Below are positions 9,938 through 20,129 of a DNA stretch of 64,000 nt, piece by piece (the first letter of the stretch is position 1; each line of letters begins with the position of its first letter). A program made the translations under genes and the position numbers. The notes beneath the pieces were generated by a model. The model was given only the letters and a program-made list of their open reading frames with translations. It was not told the DNA's origin and ran no database searches. Source of the DNA: an uncultured Candidatus Berkelbacteria bacterium. GTDB lineage: Bacteria; Patescibacteriota; UBA1384; UBA12157. The DNA lies in NCBI GenBank assembly GCA_903877885.1, contig CAIRFN010000009.1, forward strand, positions 8,218 through 72,217. Direction: 5' to 3'.

Positions 9938-10489
9938 ATGAATAAAATATTTAACCTTTCCAAACAATCTATTCTGGCTTTAGTGTTATTTACTATTTTA
10001 ATAGTATTTACTCCGACCCAGTCGGCTAAAGCATATGATGTTAATTCCGTGCTCAGTCTTAATACTGCTCAATACTTCCCTTTTAATATTGCTCCTAAAC
10101 CAGCTGATGTTAAACCGGATGTACCGCAGGTTGATATGAACAAGGTTAACATTGACCATGATCCAGATGCAATTAAGGCTTACATGCAACAAATTGCTCC
10201 TGAATATGGCGTGGACTGGAAATTAGTTTATGCTATTGGTGCTTATGAGTCTGGCTATTACAAGTCAAGTTTAGCCCAATATAGCAATAACTTCTTTGGT
10301 CGCAAGGCCACCTCTACCACTTGGATGAGCTATGCTTCAGCCGAGGAAGGTATTCGAGATCAGTTTCTTTATGTTAAGGAACATTATCTTGATCGAGGTT
10401 TAGATACTCCAGCCAAAATGAACCATATTTATTGTGAGGGTGATACCTGGCAGTACAAGGTTCAGTACATCATGGATAATACGCAGTAA
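9938..10489 (+). CDS. Secreted peptidoglycan hydrolase of the N-acetylglucosaminidase (glucosaminidase/FlgJ-like) domain family.
   Basis: Signal peptide. VDWKLVYAIGAYESGYYKSSLAQYSNNFFGRKA matches the Glucosaminidase-domain core. Confidence 0.6.
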   Translation: MNKIFNLSKQSILALVLFTILIVFTPTQSAKAYDVNSVLSLNTAQYFPFNIAPKPADVKPDVPQVDMNKVNIDHDPDAIKAYMQQIAPEYGVDWKLVYAIGAYESGYYKSSLAQYSNNFFGRKATSTTWMSYASAEEGIRDQFLYVKEHYLDRGLDTPAKMNHIYCEGDTWQYKVQYIMDNTQ

Positions 10490-10564
10490 TGTCGTATTTG
10501 ACAAAAAAAGGGCTTTTGAGCCGCATTTAGCGGTTTCAGGAGCCCTTTTTGTTATCTAAAAACA

Positions 10565-10590
10565 CTAAAAAACCACCCGTAAAGGTGGTT
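10565..10590 (-). terminator. Rho-independent terminator (AACCACC-cgtaaa-GGTGGTT followed by a U-run on the minus strand).
   Basis: 7-bp GC-containing stem followed by T-run on the minus strand. Immediately downstream of the 10603 gene. A near-identical hairpin recurs at 12155..12180. Confidence 0.6.
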
Positions 10591-10602
10591 ATATGGTTAA
10601 GG

Positions 10603-12075
10603 TCAGGGTTGGTAGAGTAATAATCTGGTGTCAATGATAAGCATTAAAAATCCGAAATCCTTACCCAAAAAGCTATTAGGTGGAGTATTTTTTATATCAC
10701 TAATCATTTTTTTGATAAAGTGATTTCGTTGATCGTCAGTGGTATAAAACAGTAAATCTTTTAAGATATCGGTTTCATCATAATTAAGTTTCGCAATATT
10801 CTCATTAGTGATCTGGCCATTGATTAAGTCTTTGAAATAATCATCGTTAATTTTTTTCAAAGAAAATATCAGACTCATTTTAGTATCGTTATCCAATTGA
10901 TTAGTGATAAATGTGTAAATAATGGAATAATTTGATTCCACATCGGAAATTTTATCATTTTTTAAAACAGTAAAGAGTTGGCAGATTTTTGGTAAAAGTT
11001 GCTTAACAGTATTCTGATTCATATCAAACAGGATTTGTCTAAGATTAGTCGCCGGTTTCTGTTGGTAGATAACATCAATATAGAGGTTTAGAAAATCTAA
11101 ACGATCCAGATCTTGATAGCCTAGTTTTGGTTTAGTCTTTAGTTCGGAAATCTTCTTAGAAATTATCGTAGCAAATTCCGGATCAACTGTTTGGAAAAGC
11201 TCAACTGAATCTAAACCAGCGTAAATTCCTTCAATGTTATCGATTTTAGCCAGTTCTGCTTTAGTGTTTGCTAAAATTTGATTCGCTTGTTTAATCAGAT
11301 CTAGATCTTTTGATTGTTTGCAGAAATTAATCAGTTTCTGGATATGCTCCGAATCAAAGGTGTAAGGCATTTGTTGGCCTAATGGCTCTGGTAAATGGGT
11401 ACACCGATTAAAACCGTTAGCGATAGCTAATCGAAGAAGTTGTAATTCCGGTTTATTTACAAATAAAAATTTACTCTTTGAATCTTGTTCAACTTTTGAT
11501 TCGCAATCCTTGATTAAGGCATCAAACTTTTCGTGTTTCAAGATTGCGGCAACGGTAAGTAGGTAAACCTGATCTTCTAATTCAAAATCGAGATTATTCG
11601 AGTCATTCAAAATTCGATTAAAAGCTCTTTCAGCTTCATAGTCACGGTATCTTAAGGTAATCATGGCAATTTTAGCGCGTTGTCTGATCACTGATGAATC
11701 GCTGAAACAACCGTCGTCCCAATTATTTTTTACCTGGCAGACAGCCAAATCGGTCAAGGTTGTCTCCCAGTTATTTTCAATATATTGTTCAGCCCAGTCA
11801 TCGAATTTTTTATTATCAAATAGGTAATCAGCAAAATTTAGTAGTACCACTTTTTTAACCAGCGGCGATTTAATCTTGTTGGCAACTTTGATCGCTTTCG
11901 CTGGATCATAAGCCAACTCATTGATGGCCATTGTGGCCAAAATCTGATCCTTGACCATCGGAGTAATATTTTCCTTTTGGACCTGGATCATCACTTGGTT
12001 GACGATTTGATTGGTAGCATGTGCAAACATTACTCCAATCATAAGGCAGACAGTGAGAAGGGTAAACCGGAACAT
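10603..12075 (-). CDS. Secreted hypothetical protein, paralog of 12190..13710.
   Basis: Signal peptide. Shares blocks with its neighbour (EQYIENNWETTLTDLAV vs KKYIDGNWRTIYQHLAV; NNWDDGCFS vs WNDDYREACS). Confidence 0.6.
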   Translation of the reverse strand: MFRFTLLTVCLMIGVMFAHATNQIVNQVMIQVQKENITPMVKDQILATMAINELAYDPAKAIKVANKIKSPLVKKVVLLNFADYLFDNKKFDDWAEQYIENNWETTLTDLAVCQVKNNWDDGCFSDSSVIRQRAKIAMITLRYRDYEAERAFNRILNDSNNLDFELEDQVYLLTVAAILKHEKFDALIKDCESKVEQDSKSKFLFVNKPELQLLRLAIANGFNRCTHLPEPLGQQMPYTFDSEHIQKLINFCKQSKDLDLIKQANQILANTKAELAKIDNIEGIYAGLDSVELFQTVDPEFATIISKKISELKTKPKLGYQDLDRLDFLNLYIDVIYQQKPATNLRQILFDMNQNTVKQLLPKICQLFTVLKNDKISDVESNYSIIYTFITNQLDNDTKMSLIFSLKKINDDYFKDLINGQITNENIAKLNYDETDILKDLLFYTTDDQRNHFIKKMISDIKNTPPNSFLGKDFGFLMLIIDTRLLLYQP

Positions 12076-12154
12076 GGGCGTTCTCCTTTTTGCGATAGAT
12101 TGTTAAGGTTTGGAACCTTATTTTTTAGTCTATAGAATATCAGGTTAAAAGTCA

Positions 12155-12180
12155 ACAAAAAACCACCTGTAAAGGTGGTG
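12155..12180 (-). terminator. Rho-independent terminator, near-identical copy of 10565..10590.
   Basis: aaaaaaccacctgtaaaggtgg. Hairpin plus U-run on the minus strand, downstream of 12190 gene. Confidence 0.6.
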
Positions 12181-12189
12181 TATGGTTCG

Positions 12190-13710
12190 TTATCTTATAA
12201 ATTTATGGAGATTATGTAAGACTCCTAAGTAGTAATAGTTATTATCAATATCCATACCAAAAATATGTAACTTTGGCCGATGTTTGATGTTGTCAATCAG
12301 ATGCTTTAAATAAATTTTAAAAACATCTTCTTTACTATTGGCGACCAGCTCTTGAAGTAGATCATCACTGTCAATTATTTTGGGATTGACTTGAAGTTCG
12401 AAATACCAATCGTCTATTATTGAAAAATTGTCGTTTTTAGTTAATAAAGAAATAAGCAGTCGGGTTTTAGTGATATCATTACCTTTTTCCATGGCAAAAT
12501 ATCTAATCCCGTCGACTTCCATTGAATTATCGCCATCAACATTTTTAATATCTCTCAGATCTGATTTAGCAATAAAATCGCAAATCATATCCAAATACTC
12601 TTTAGTATTTTCCTCATTCAGATTATAAAGAGCTTGATAAACATCAGTATATGGGACTTTTTCTTTTAAAATTACTTCCTTAATATATTGAATAAAGAAG
12701 CTAAAACTGGCTTGGTCTTGCAAACATAAATTCTTTTGCTCACTTAAAATCTTCACCTGTTCGGCTAAAATTTTTCCCAAACTTGGGTCAAGCGGCGTAA
12801 AGGCCACGGCGGCCTGACAGGCAGTGGGAATATCTTCAGCTTTTTTCAATTGCTTGAATTGAGTTTCAAGCTCCAGCCTGATTTTATCTAATCTCTTGTC
12901 GAATTCTAATTCTGGTTTTTTTGCTGCTTTGATGTAATTTAGGTAACAAGTAATATTATTATCATTAAAAGTGTAGTAAGGATATAAACCCTCGGGATCA
13001 GGTACAATGAAATGTGGATGACCAGCTTGGGCGGCCATAGCATACAATTCAATGCCTGGTTTGTAAAAATACAGAAATTCTTTTGTTTGACTAGCAAACG
13101 GAGAATTCTGGCTATAGCTAACTAGCTCTCGATCAAGATCATCAACACTGATTTGCGATAAAATGGCCAATAAGCCATATTCATTTTCGAAATCTCTTTT
13201 CATATTATTAGAACAATAATACGATTCGGCCATGACTTTTTGCATAATCGAGCAAGCCTCGCGATAATCATCATTCCAACAAATTGCCCAAGCTACCAAA
13301 GCCTTTTGATTAAGGATTTCTCTGTTTGCAGCAAATTCAGAGGCATAAGACTCGTTTTGAGCCTGTTTTACAGCTAAATGCTGGTAAATAGTTCTCCAAT
13401 TTCCATCAATGTATTTTTTTGCCCAATCTCTCTGTGTTCCTTCGCGGAAAAAATAACCGGCTACCAGAAGCGAAGTTAAATCTTTTAATTCCGGATCCTT
13501 AATAGCTTTAATCCTTTTTATTGTCAGATCCGGATTGTTGTCGATTTCGTTTAAAAGAATGTCTAACTTTAATTCGTTGCGAACCGAATCAGACATCTTA
13601 ACTTTTTCTAAACCAGAAAGAATTGTTTTCAGGTTTGTCGATTGGTCGGCCATGACCGCAAAGCAAATCCCTAGCAACAGCGTGATCGCTAGAATACGAC
13701 CTAGTTTCAT
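12190..13710 (-). CDS. Secreted hypothetical protein, paralog of 10603..12075. Start chosen at an internal Met with an AGGAG RBS and a signal peptide; the track ORF extends to 13917.
   Basis: MKLGRILAITLLLGICFAVMA signal peptide preceded by AGGAG. Paralogy blocks with the neighbouring gene. Confidence 0.6.
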   Translation of the reverse strand: MKLGRILAITLLLGICFAVMADQSTNLKTILSGLEKVKMSDSVRNELKLDILLNEIDNNPDLTIKRIKAIKDPELKDLTSLLVAGYFFREGTQRDWAKKYIDGNWRTIYQHLAVKQAQNESYASEFAANREILNQKALVAWAICWNDDYREACSIMQKVMAESYYCSNNMKRDFENEYGLLAILSQISVDDLDRELVSYSQNSPFASQTKEFLYFYKPGIELYAMAAQAGHPHFIVPDPEGLYPYYTFNDNNITCYLNYIKAAKKPELEFDKRLDKIRLELETQFKQLKKAEDIPTACQAAVAFTPLDPSLGKILAEQVKILSEQKNLCLQDQASFSFFIQYIKEVILKEKVPYTDVYQALYNLNEENTKEYLDMICDFIAKSDLRDIKNVDGDNSMEVDGIRYFAMEKGNDITKTRLLISLLTKNDNFSIIDDWYFELQVNPKIIDSDDLLQELVANSKEDVFKIYLKHLIDNIKHRPKLHIFGMDIDNNYYYLGVLHNLHKFIR

Positions 13711-13822
13711 CGGTTTTCTCCTCAAGGTTAAATTGTCCAAGTACAGGACTACTGTTATATTATCAAATAATCTTTTATTGTCAATTATGATTAAAAAACC
13801 GCCGTTTGGCGGTTTTTTCGCG

Positions 13823-14917
13823 TTATTTAATTGTGATTTGTTGGAAAACTTCCGGTGGAGCAATTTCATACCAGAATTGGCCGGGAATAAATTTAATTTC
13901 TGACCCATTTTCATCAAAAAATAAGGTTCGATCGGTTAAACCGGTTTTCTTCCATGTAGCTTTGATTTGTTTTCCATCAATAAAAACTAAAGCATTACCA
14001 GTGCCAATCGTTTTCATTGCAAAGCCTTCTTCGTTAATCGTTGTTGGCGCTGACCAACGTTCCACTTCTTGAATGATCAGGTTTGAAGCGGCCAATTGCG
14101 GACCGCTTAGCTCATCACGATGCGGGCTACCTGCTAAGGTTCTTAAATAGGTATTAGTTTTAGCATCATAATCCCAACGGACCAGGTAAGAACTAGTGGA
14201 AAAATTAATGGTAATAGTCTGGATAGAATCTGGATTTGGCGCTGGTTGACGAAAATTTAAAGCTTGAAAATTACTAGCCTGTGGATAACTTTTGGTTTTT
14301 GCTGCTTGATACAGGTTCGTGGTATTGCTATACATCGTATGTTCAATCGCTTTAGTGGCATCGGCAATTCGATAATAAGTTGGCTCGCCCAAACTGAACT
14401 GGTCTAAATCTAAAATATTATCAGTTTTAATCTGGTCGAGCGCATCTAAATTACCGCCAACATGAGCATAATAAGCATTGTATTCGCTTAACCAATCAAT
14501 AAAGTAAGTTCGAGCTGAGCGAATTGGACCGATCTTTGGTGCGTCAGCTGGGCCAAAAATTGCCATAAATCGAGTAATTCCACCTTCAGTTATTGCTTCG
14601 TAGACAATTGAAGCTTTGCTTAAACCTGATTGTGGCCGGGCATCAGGATGATTTTCGACCATAACGGCCAGAGGATGTCGTTTAGCTAAATCTTCATCAA
14701 CTGTTGTGCCATCAAGTTTACTAACAACTTGAGTTTTAATCTGATTATTATTTGAAAAAATGTTACCAAATGAGTTTCCTTTTAGGAAATAACGGAAGTA
14801 GATAACTGAACCAGTGAAAAAAACTGCCATGACTAGTATAATAATTAAAATCATCACCCATGGATTTTGAGTGTTTGATTCTTGATTATGATAATTTTGG
14901 TTCATTTTTACCTCCAT
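13823..14917 (-). CDS. DUF3048 (YerB-like) domain membrane-anchored protein.
   Basis: N-terminal TM. RPQSGLSKASIVYEAITEGGITRFMAIF block reminiscent of the DUF3048 N-domain. Confidence 0.45.
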   Translation of the reverse strand: MEVKMNQNYHNQESNTQNPWVMILIIILVMAVFFTGSVIYFRYFLKGNSFGNIFSNNNQIKTQVVSKLDGTTVDEDLAKRHPLAVMVENHPDARPQSGLSKASIVYEAITEGGITRFMAIFGPADAPKIGPIRSARTYFIDWLSEYNAYYAHVGGNLDALDQIKTDNILDLDQFSLGEPTYYRIADATKAIEHTMYSNTTNLYQAAKTKSYPQASNFQALNFRQPAPNPDSIQTITINFSTSSYLVRWDYDAKTNTYLRTLAGSPHRDELSGPQLAASNLIIQEVERWSAPTTINEEGFAMKTIGTGNALVFIDGKQIKATWKKTGLTDRTLFFDENGSEIKFIPGQFWYEIAPPEVFQQITIK

Positions 14918-15711
14918 GTAAAAATTTGATCGATTTTGGTCGGATAGTTGTAAATTTTGAATAACCCAGTTTTATTGATATTTATCTTATAGATACCGTC
15001 ATTTTCATGCCAAAACGCGATTTGGTCGCCTTCTGGAGAAAATACGGGGTAGAATGACTGACCGTCGGTGGTTAGCTGAAGTGAACTACCATCTTTAATC
15101 TGACTGACTTGAATATTATTCTCATTGGTTTGATTATTTTTAATCTGCAAAACTACCGAATTAGCGTCTTTAGAAATATTATAATTAGCGATTTCATTCG
15201 GTGTATTTAAGGTTAAAATTGTTTTATTTTGATTTGTACCAAAATCAAATAAATTAAGAATCGACGAAGTTTGATTGTTTGTTAGATAAAAAATTCCGTT
15301 GGTTTGATAATTTAGTTGGCTTACAATATTGTTGGAATCTACTTTAAATAATTGTTCAATTCTATTAGTTTGTAAATCGGTTAAATTTAAATTGGTTGAA
15401 CTATCATCATTTTTCTCTGCTTTAACATTTTTAGTTTTGTCTGGCGAAAGCGTTGGATCGAAAGAAAAATCTGAAGTGGTCAAAGGAGTTGTATTAGTGA
15501 TTAACCGATCAAGAGAATTGTCGGTATTAATGGAAAAAAGTTTGTTTTCGGCTTGAAAATAAAGATTATTTTGACTATTGTTCGATATGATTTGGCTGTC
15601 CTTACTATTATTAATAATTAAAGGATAATAATTTTTATAAGAAAAATAAACGCCAAAAATCAAGATTAAAAAGCCTAAAACAATAAAGATTAAACTGGAG
15701 ATTTTTGTCAT
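14908..15711 (-). CDS. Membrane-anchored hypothetical protein, possibly TolB-like beta-propeller repeats.
   Basis: N-terminal TM. Repetitive S/N/T-rich sequence. Weak PD40-like words (DGQSFYPVFSPEGDQIAF). Confidence 0.35.
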   Translation of the reverse strand: MTKISSLIFIVLGFLILIFGVYFSYKNYYPLIINNSKDSQIISNNSQNNLYFQAENKLFSINTDNSLDRLITNTTPLTTSDFSFDPTLSPDKTKNVKAEKNDDSSTNLNLTDLQTNRIEQLFKVDSNNIVSQLNYQTNGIFYLTNNQTSSILNLFDFGTNQNKTILTLNTPNEIANYNISKDANSVVLQIKNNQTNENNIQVSQIKDGSSLQLTTDGQSFYPVFSPEGDQIAFWHENDGIYKININKTGLFKIYNYPTKIDQIFTWR

Positions 15712-15712
15712 A

Positions 15713-17050
15713 TTACTCCTTAATAAATGGTAGGATCAAAGTAAATTTGCTACCTACATTTTCTTTTGATTCAAAAACAATATCACCGTTCATATGGTTA
15801 GCAATCGTTTTTGATATCCAAAGTCCCAAACCAGTGCCGCTAATGTCGGTGGTTTTTTCATTTTTAATTCGGTAAAATCGTTCAAACAAACGTTTCGAGT
15901 CTTCCACTGACATACCAATTCCAGTGTCTTTAACCGAGATTTTAAGATCACCTTTATCTAGAACATAATCAATGCTGATTTTGCCACTGGGAGTATATTT
16001 AATAGCATTCCCGACCAGATTTTCAACGACTTGGTGAAGTCTATCAGGATCGACAAAAACTGGTGGAAGTTGTTTCGGCACATTATGTTCTAAAGTCAAA
16101 CCTTTGTTTTTCGCCTGGTCGCCAATTTCATTTATGACATTAGCAATTACTTTGGATGCGTCAGCTGGTTGCATATCAAATTGCATTCGTTCTTGTTCTA
16201 ATCTGGAAACATCTAATAATTCGCTCACTAAAATATCTAACCGATTAATATTAGCAGAAATTTTCTGTAAATGTTGGCGGGTATTTTCATCATACTTGCC
16301 TATTAAACCTTGAAACATCATATCCAAATAACCCTTAACTGTCGCTAATGGTGTTTTTACTTCATGGCTAACCATAGAAATAAATTCATCTTTCATCTTA
16401 TCCAATTGTTGGATTTTGCGGAAGTTAACAAAATATTCAAAAAATCTGAAGTAATTAATTAAAAGAAGGAAGACAATGAAAACAGTGAAGACCAATAAAA
16501 CTAAAGATTGAGTGATGGTCGTACGACTTATAGCATCGATTTCATCAGTATTAATTCTTACAGTTAAAATTCCCATTGTACTGCCGTCAGCACTTTTTAC
16601 CGGATTAGCCGCTAGCCAAAAACGTTTCTGGGGTTTTTGACTTTTATCAACATATGATCGAACTAACGGTTGACCAGAAGTATTAATTTTAGCCAGATCA
16701 GCATCAGAAATAATGACACCTTGATTTTCAGAATTTGTAGAATTAGCAATCGAAAAACCAACGTCGCTAGATCTTAAGAAATTGATTTCGTCAATTTCTT
16801 TATTTGCTTGTTTAATGGAAACTAATTTTTGTTGGAGAGTATCGATATTAGTCGAAATATCGCTAATTGAACTAGATAAAATTGCCGCGACAATTTGAGT
16901 TTTATTAGTTAACTCCTGATTCATATTATTTTGATAAACATTAATCCGCCAAAGGCTATTGGCGATAATAAGCACTGGAATTAGAAAAATCAGAAATAAT
17001 GCGTAAAAGCGAGATAATTTTTCCTTGAATAGGATTTTGATTCCGTTCAT
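15713..17050 (-). CDS. Sensor histidine kinase; no adjacent response regulator.
   Basis: HisKA block MVSHEVKTPLATVKGY. HATPase_c blocks DTGIGMSVED and GTGLGLWISK. Two TM segments. Confidence 0.85.
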   Translation of the reverse strand: MNGIKILFKEKLSRFYALFLIFLIPVLIIANSLWRINVYQNNMNQELTNKTQIVAAILSSSISDISTNIDTLQQKLVSIKQANKEIDEINFLRSSDVGFSIANSTNSENQGVIISDADLAKINTSGQPLVRSYVDKSQKPQKRFWLAANPVKSADGSTMGILTVRINTDEIDAISRTTITQSLVLLVFTVFIVFLLLINYFRFFEYFVNFRKIQQLDKMKDEFISMVSHEVKTPLATVKGYLDMMFQGLIGKYDENTRQHLQKISANINRLDILVSELLDVSRLEQERMQFDMQPADASKVIANVINEIGDQAKNKGLTLEHNVPKQLPPVFVDPDRLHQVVENLVGNAIKYTPSGKISIDYVLDKGDLKISVKDTGIGMSVEDSKRLFERFYRIKNEKTTDISGTGLGLWISKTIANHMNGDIVFESKENVGSKFTLILPFIKE

Positions 17051-17058
17051 TTTTCTCC

Positions 17059-17964
17059 TTAATATGTGAAGATTAATTTAAAAATACTTACTAAATTGTG
17101 CCAGAAATTGATCAAAAATTTTTGCCAAGCCGGTTTTGTCATTTTGTTATCATCACTGGTTTTTTGATTAACATCATTATTAGATTTAGCATCTACGCTA
17201 GTAATATCAGTTGTATTAGCTTGGTTAAGATCAGGATTATTTTGAGAAAGTTTAATAGCCTGATTTAGGTTATCGGTTCTGGCTAAATCTGCGGCTGGCC
17301 AATAAAAATTAGCCTTAATATCAAAACTAGGGGTAAAGTTCTGCCAATGCCAGGAAATTTCCTTATCATTTTGTTGACCACCAATCGGTTCGAGTTTAAG
17401 GTCTAGGTCCGGATTAACGGTTTTGTTAAAACTTTCTAAATTAATACCATCCATCAGAACTAAATTAATTTTCAAATCTGTAATTGGCTTAAAAATTTTA
17501 TCTTTAAATATGTAATTAAAAGTTCTCATTCCGCGAATATCTGAACCATTGAGTTGTTGGTAACTTACTTTGATATTAGTAGATTTTTTTGTCGCAATAT
17601 TTGCGCTAAATTCCTGATTAGAATCAAGATTAACAGGTTTATCATCAACAAATATATGGATATTACTGATGCCATTAGGATTGTCACCGGTCAAAAACGA
17701 AAAAACAAATGTAGGGTTCTGATCAGTATTATGATTGTTTGCAAAAACATAATCTTGTTCTATTTCAGTAAATCCAAGATGAAGCTTAATATTTAGATTC
17801 TCGGAAATTATGGTTAAATCACCATTTTTTAGTGTCAAATTACCGCTTTGTCCACCAACGAAATTGTCTTGTGCATATACTCTACCGTAAAAAACTAGTG
17901 TTGCAACTAGCAAAAAAATACCAATAAGAGCGGCTTTTAATTTCATTTCCCTCCAGAGCGTCAT
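17059..17964 (-). CDS. Secreted hypothetical protein.
   Basis: Signal peptide. No recognisable motifs. Confidence 0.45.
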   Translation of the reverse strand: MTLWREMKLKAALIGIFLLVATLVFYGRVYAQDNFVGGQSGNLTLKNGDLTIISENLNIKLHLGFTEIEQDYVFANNHNTDQNPTFVFSFLTGDNPNGISNIHIFVDDKPVNLDSNQEFSANIATKKSTNIKVSYQQLNGSDIRGMRTFNYIFKDKIFKPITDLKINLVLMDGINLESFNKTVNPDLDLKLEPIGGQQNDKEISWHWQNFTPSFDIKANFYWPAADLARTDNLNQAIKLSQNNPDLNQANTTDITSVDAKSNNDVNQKTSDDNKMTKPAWQKFLINFWHNLVSIFKLIFTY

Positions 17965-17984
17965 TTATTTAATTGTAGCGCGTC

Positions 17985-18419
17985 TTAAGCTGATTCACAA
18001 CTAATACCGAGAATCGCATAGGCTTTTCGTAAAATCGGCTGGTTTTGCTCCTTATAACCGACTTTCTCTAAAGCTTCGGCTGGCGAAAACCACTGGGCAT
18101 CTTGAATTTCTTCTTCTTGATGTTTTAAATTATTATTTTCAACCGATTTAATCAGATAGAAATAAACAAATTTATGGATTAAATTGTCTTCCCACTTAAA
18201 CCAGTAATCAGCTTTTTCTAAAAGATCGGCAATCTCTAAATTGGTTAGACCAATTTCTTCTTCAGTTTCACGTAACGCCGCTGCCTCTGGTTTTTCGCCT
18301 TTTTCAATATGGCCCTTGGGGAATGTCCATTGGCTGTTAGTATCTAAAATTAGAGCGATTTTATAATCAGAGCTGACCTTGCAATAAACAATGCCACCAG
18401 CCGAAAATTCCATTTTCAT
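17985..18419 (-). CDS. NUDIX hydrolase.
   Basis: Nudix box GHIEKGEKPEAAALRETEEEIGL. Confidence 0.8.
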   Translation of the reverse strand: MKMEFSAGGIVYCKVSSDYKIALILDTNSQWTFPKGHIEKGEKPEAAALRETEEEIGLTNLEIADLLEKADYWFKWEDNLIHKFVYFYLIKSVENNNLKHQEEEIQDAQWFSPAEALEKVGYKEQNQPILRKAYAILGISCESA

Positions 18420-18420
18420 A

Positions 18421-19530
18421 TTAAAGTAGTTTAATCGAATTAATCATATTTTGGTAAATAACTTTGCCAGTATCAAAAGTCTTGGTTGGTGCGTAATAAG
18501 AAATAATCATAACTTTATTAGCCTGAAAAACATAAGTGTTGATCTGTTTAGTGCTGGCAGTAATAGTCTGTTGATACGCGTCTTTGCCATCAATTTTGAG
18601 TAGGGTTAAATTTGGTGTACCGTAGCCGCCAATTGTGTTGTCATCAGCAATCCAATCTTTGAGTAGTTTGCTATTGGTATTTTGAAAAGAAATTTCAACT
18701 TTGTAGCCATCAGCTGTAGTTGTCGTCGAGGGTTTGATGCTGGTAAAGGTCGCAGTATCGGCTTGGGTATTATCCGTATTTTGGCCAAACCAAGTATCGG
18801 GGAATTTGATAATATATTTATATTTATCATTATTATAATTTGTCCAATTACTAGTTAAATCACCTGAAGCTGAAGGACTGGCAGAAACTGATGGCGAAAT
18901 AGATGGAGAAATTTCTATTAGTGGGGCAATCTGGGCTGGGTTATCTTGGCTAATAGTATCGGCAGAAATAGCATTATTTTTTAATAAATCTGGATAATAT
19001 TTATAGCCGAAAAATCCACTACCTAAACCTAAAACTAAAACAATCATAGAAATGACAGTTGTCACTGCAACTGATCGATTATTATTAAACTGATAATGAT
19101 CGACGACTGGTCTTTGGTTTACTTCTGGCTCGCCGTGATCTTCAGTGTGATTTTCTTTTGAAAGCGGAATATCATATTGTTGAATTTCAATCTGGCCATT
19201 ATTGGTATTCGGGGTATTATTGGCAACTCGTTTAACTGTTTTAGGAAAAATATCATCATCGCCATTATTTGAACCAAAAATTTGTTTAAACGACCGATCT
19301 TTATCGGTAATACGAGGATCTTCTACCGCGGGCATCGTTGGCACATGAATTTCACCGGTGGCTATAGGTTTATTCTCTGGCATCTGATTGTCTGTTTCAA
19401 CCGGTATTTCTTGTGGCTTTAGTTGTGTCAATGAATCAATATTCATATCATCAACTTGACCATTGTTGTGATCGGTTGGCGTTTGAGTTTGGCTAGTTGG
19501 ATCTGGATTTATCATTTGATTATCATCCAT
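18421..19530 (-). CDS. Membrane-anchored hypothetical protein with a low-complexity N-terminal region.
   Basis: Long ORF, one TM segment, S/P-rich linker. No recognisable domain. Confidence 0.45.
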   Translation of the reverse strand: MDDNQMINPDPTSQTQTPTDHNNGQVDDMNIDSLTQLKPQEIPVETDNQMPENKPIATGEIHVPTMPAVEDPRITDKDRSFKQIFGSNNGDDDIFPKTVKRVANNTPNTNNGQIEIQQYDIPLSKENHTEDHGEPEVNQRPVVDHYQFNNNRSVAVTTVISMIVLVLGLGSGFFGYKYYPDLLKNNAISADTISQDNPAQIAPLIEISPSISPSVSASPSASGDLTSNWTNYNNDKYKYIIKFPDTWFGQNTDNTQADTATFTSIKPSTTTTADGYKVEISFQNTNSKLLKDWIADDNTIGGYGTPNLTLLKIDGKDAYQQTITASTKQINTYVFQANKVMIISYYAPTKTFDTGKVIYQNMINSIKLL

Positions 19531-19564
19531 TTGTCCTCCTTAGTTGGTATTTTACATCTTTAGT

Positions 19565-20122
19565 TTAAGGCTTTTGACCAATAATAACAAGAAAATCGTA
19601 GGTATCGCTTAAAGCTTGTGATTCATCTGTATATGGTTGATATGGATCATTAAGCAAGGTTTTGATTTTTAAAGCCGCATCTTTTTGTCCGGATTTGTAA
19701 TAAATAATTGAGCGATCAAACTTATTTGTCACCGTACCGGTTTGCTCAATCGTAAAATTATTGTCAGTCAAGATCTTTTGGAATTTTTCGGTTGCCAGAG
19801 AATCATCAGAAGCATTGATAATTCTAACTCTGGTAGGATTAGTCGAAGTTTGAGTACTTGGTAAAACGCTAGGATTTGGTGGAGGTGGTAAAATCGTGTT
19901 TTGGCTATCATCAAATTGATTAGAAATAAGAGTCAAATTCAAAGGTATTTTAAGGTTAAAAAGATTGTTTTGTAAAGCAATTTGAACAAATAGAATTAGA
20001 ACGAAACAAAATAAAATAATAACAAAAAACCAAGCTAATCGGCTTTTTGCTGAATCATTATTTTTGTGGTTTTTGTTTTTTTGTTTTGATTTTGGTGCGA
20101 TTATGTCGATATACTTTGGCAT
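19565..20122 (-). CDS. Membrane-anchored hypothetical protein, translationally coupled to dinB. Start 6 nt after the dinB stop; the track ORF extends to 20158.
   Basis: ATG immediately downstream of the dinB TAA. TM segment. P/S-rich linker. Confidence 0.45.
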   Translation of the reverse strand: MPKYIDIIAPKSKQKNKNHKNNDSAKSRLAWFFVIILFCFVLILFVQIALQNNLFNLKIPLNLTLISNQFDDSQNTILPPPPNPSVLPSTQTSTNPTRVRIINASDDSLATEKFQKILTDNNFTIEQTGTVTNKFDRSIIYYKSGQKDAALKIKTLLNDPYQPYTDESQALSDTYDFLVIIGQKP

Positions 20123-20129
20123 GCATTTA

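Noticed and set aside
12190-13917. N-terminal 69-aa extension of the secreted paralog (MMKMGQKLNLF...).
   Set aside because: An internal Met with an AGGAG RBS begins a canonical signal peptide. The extension is low-complexity and reads through the upstream intergenic region.
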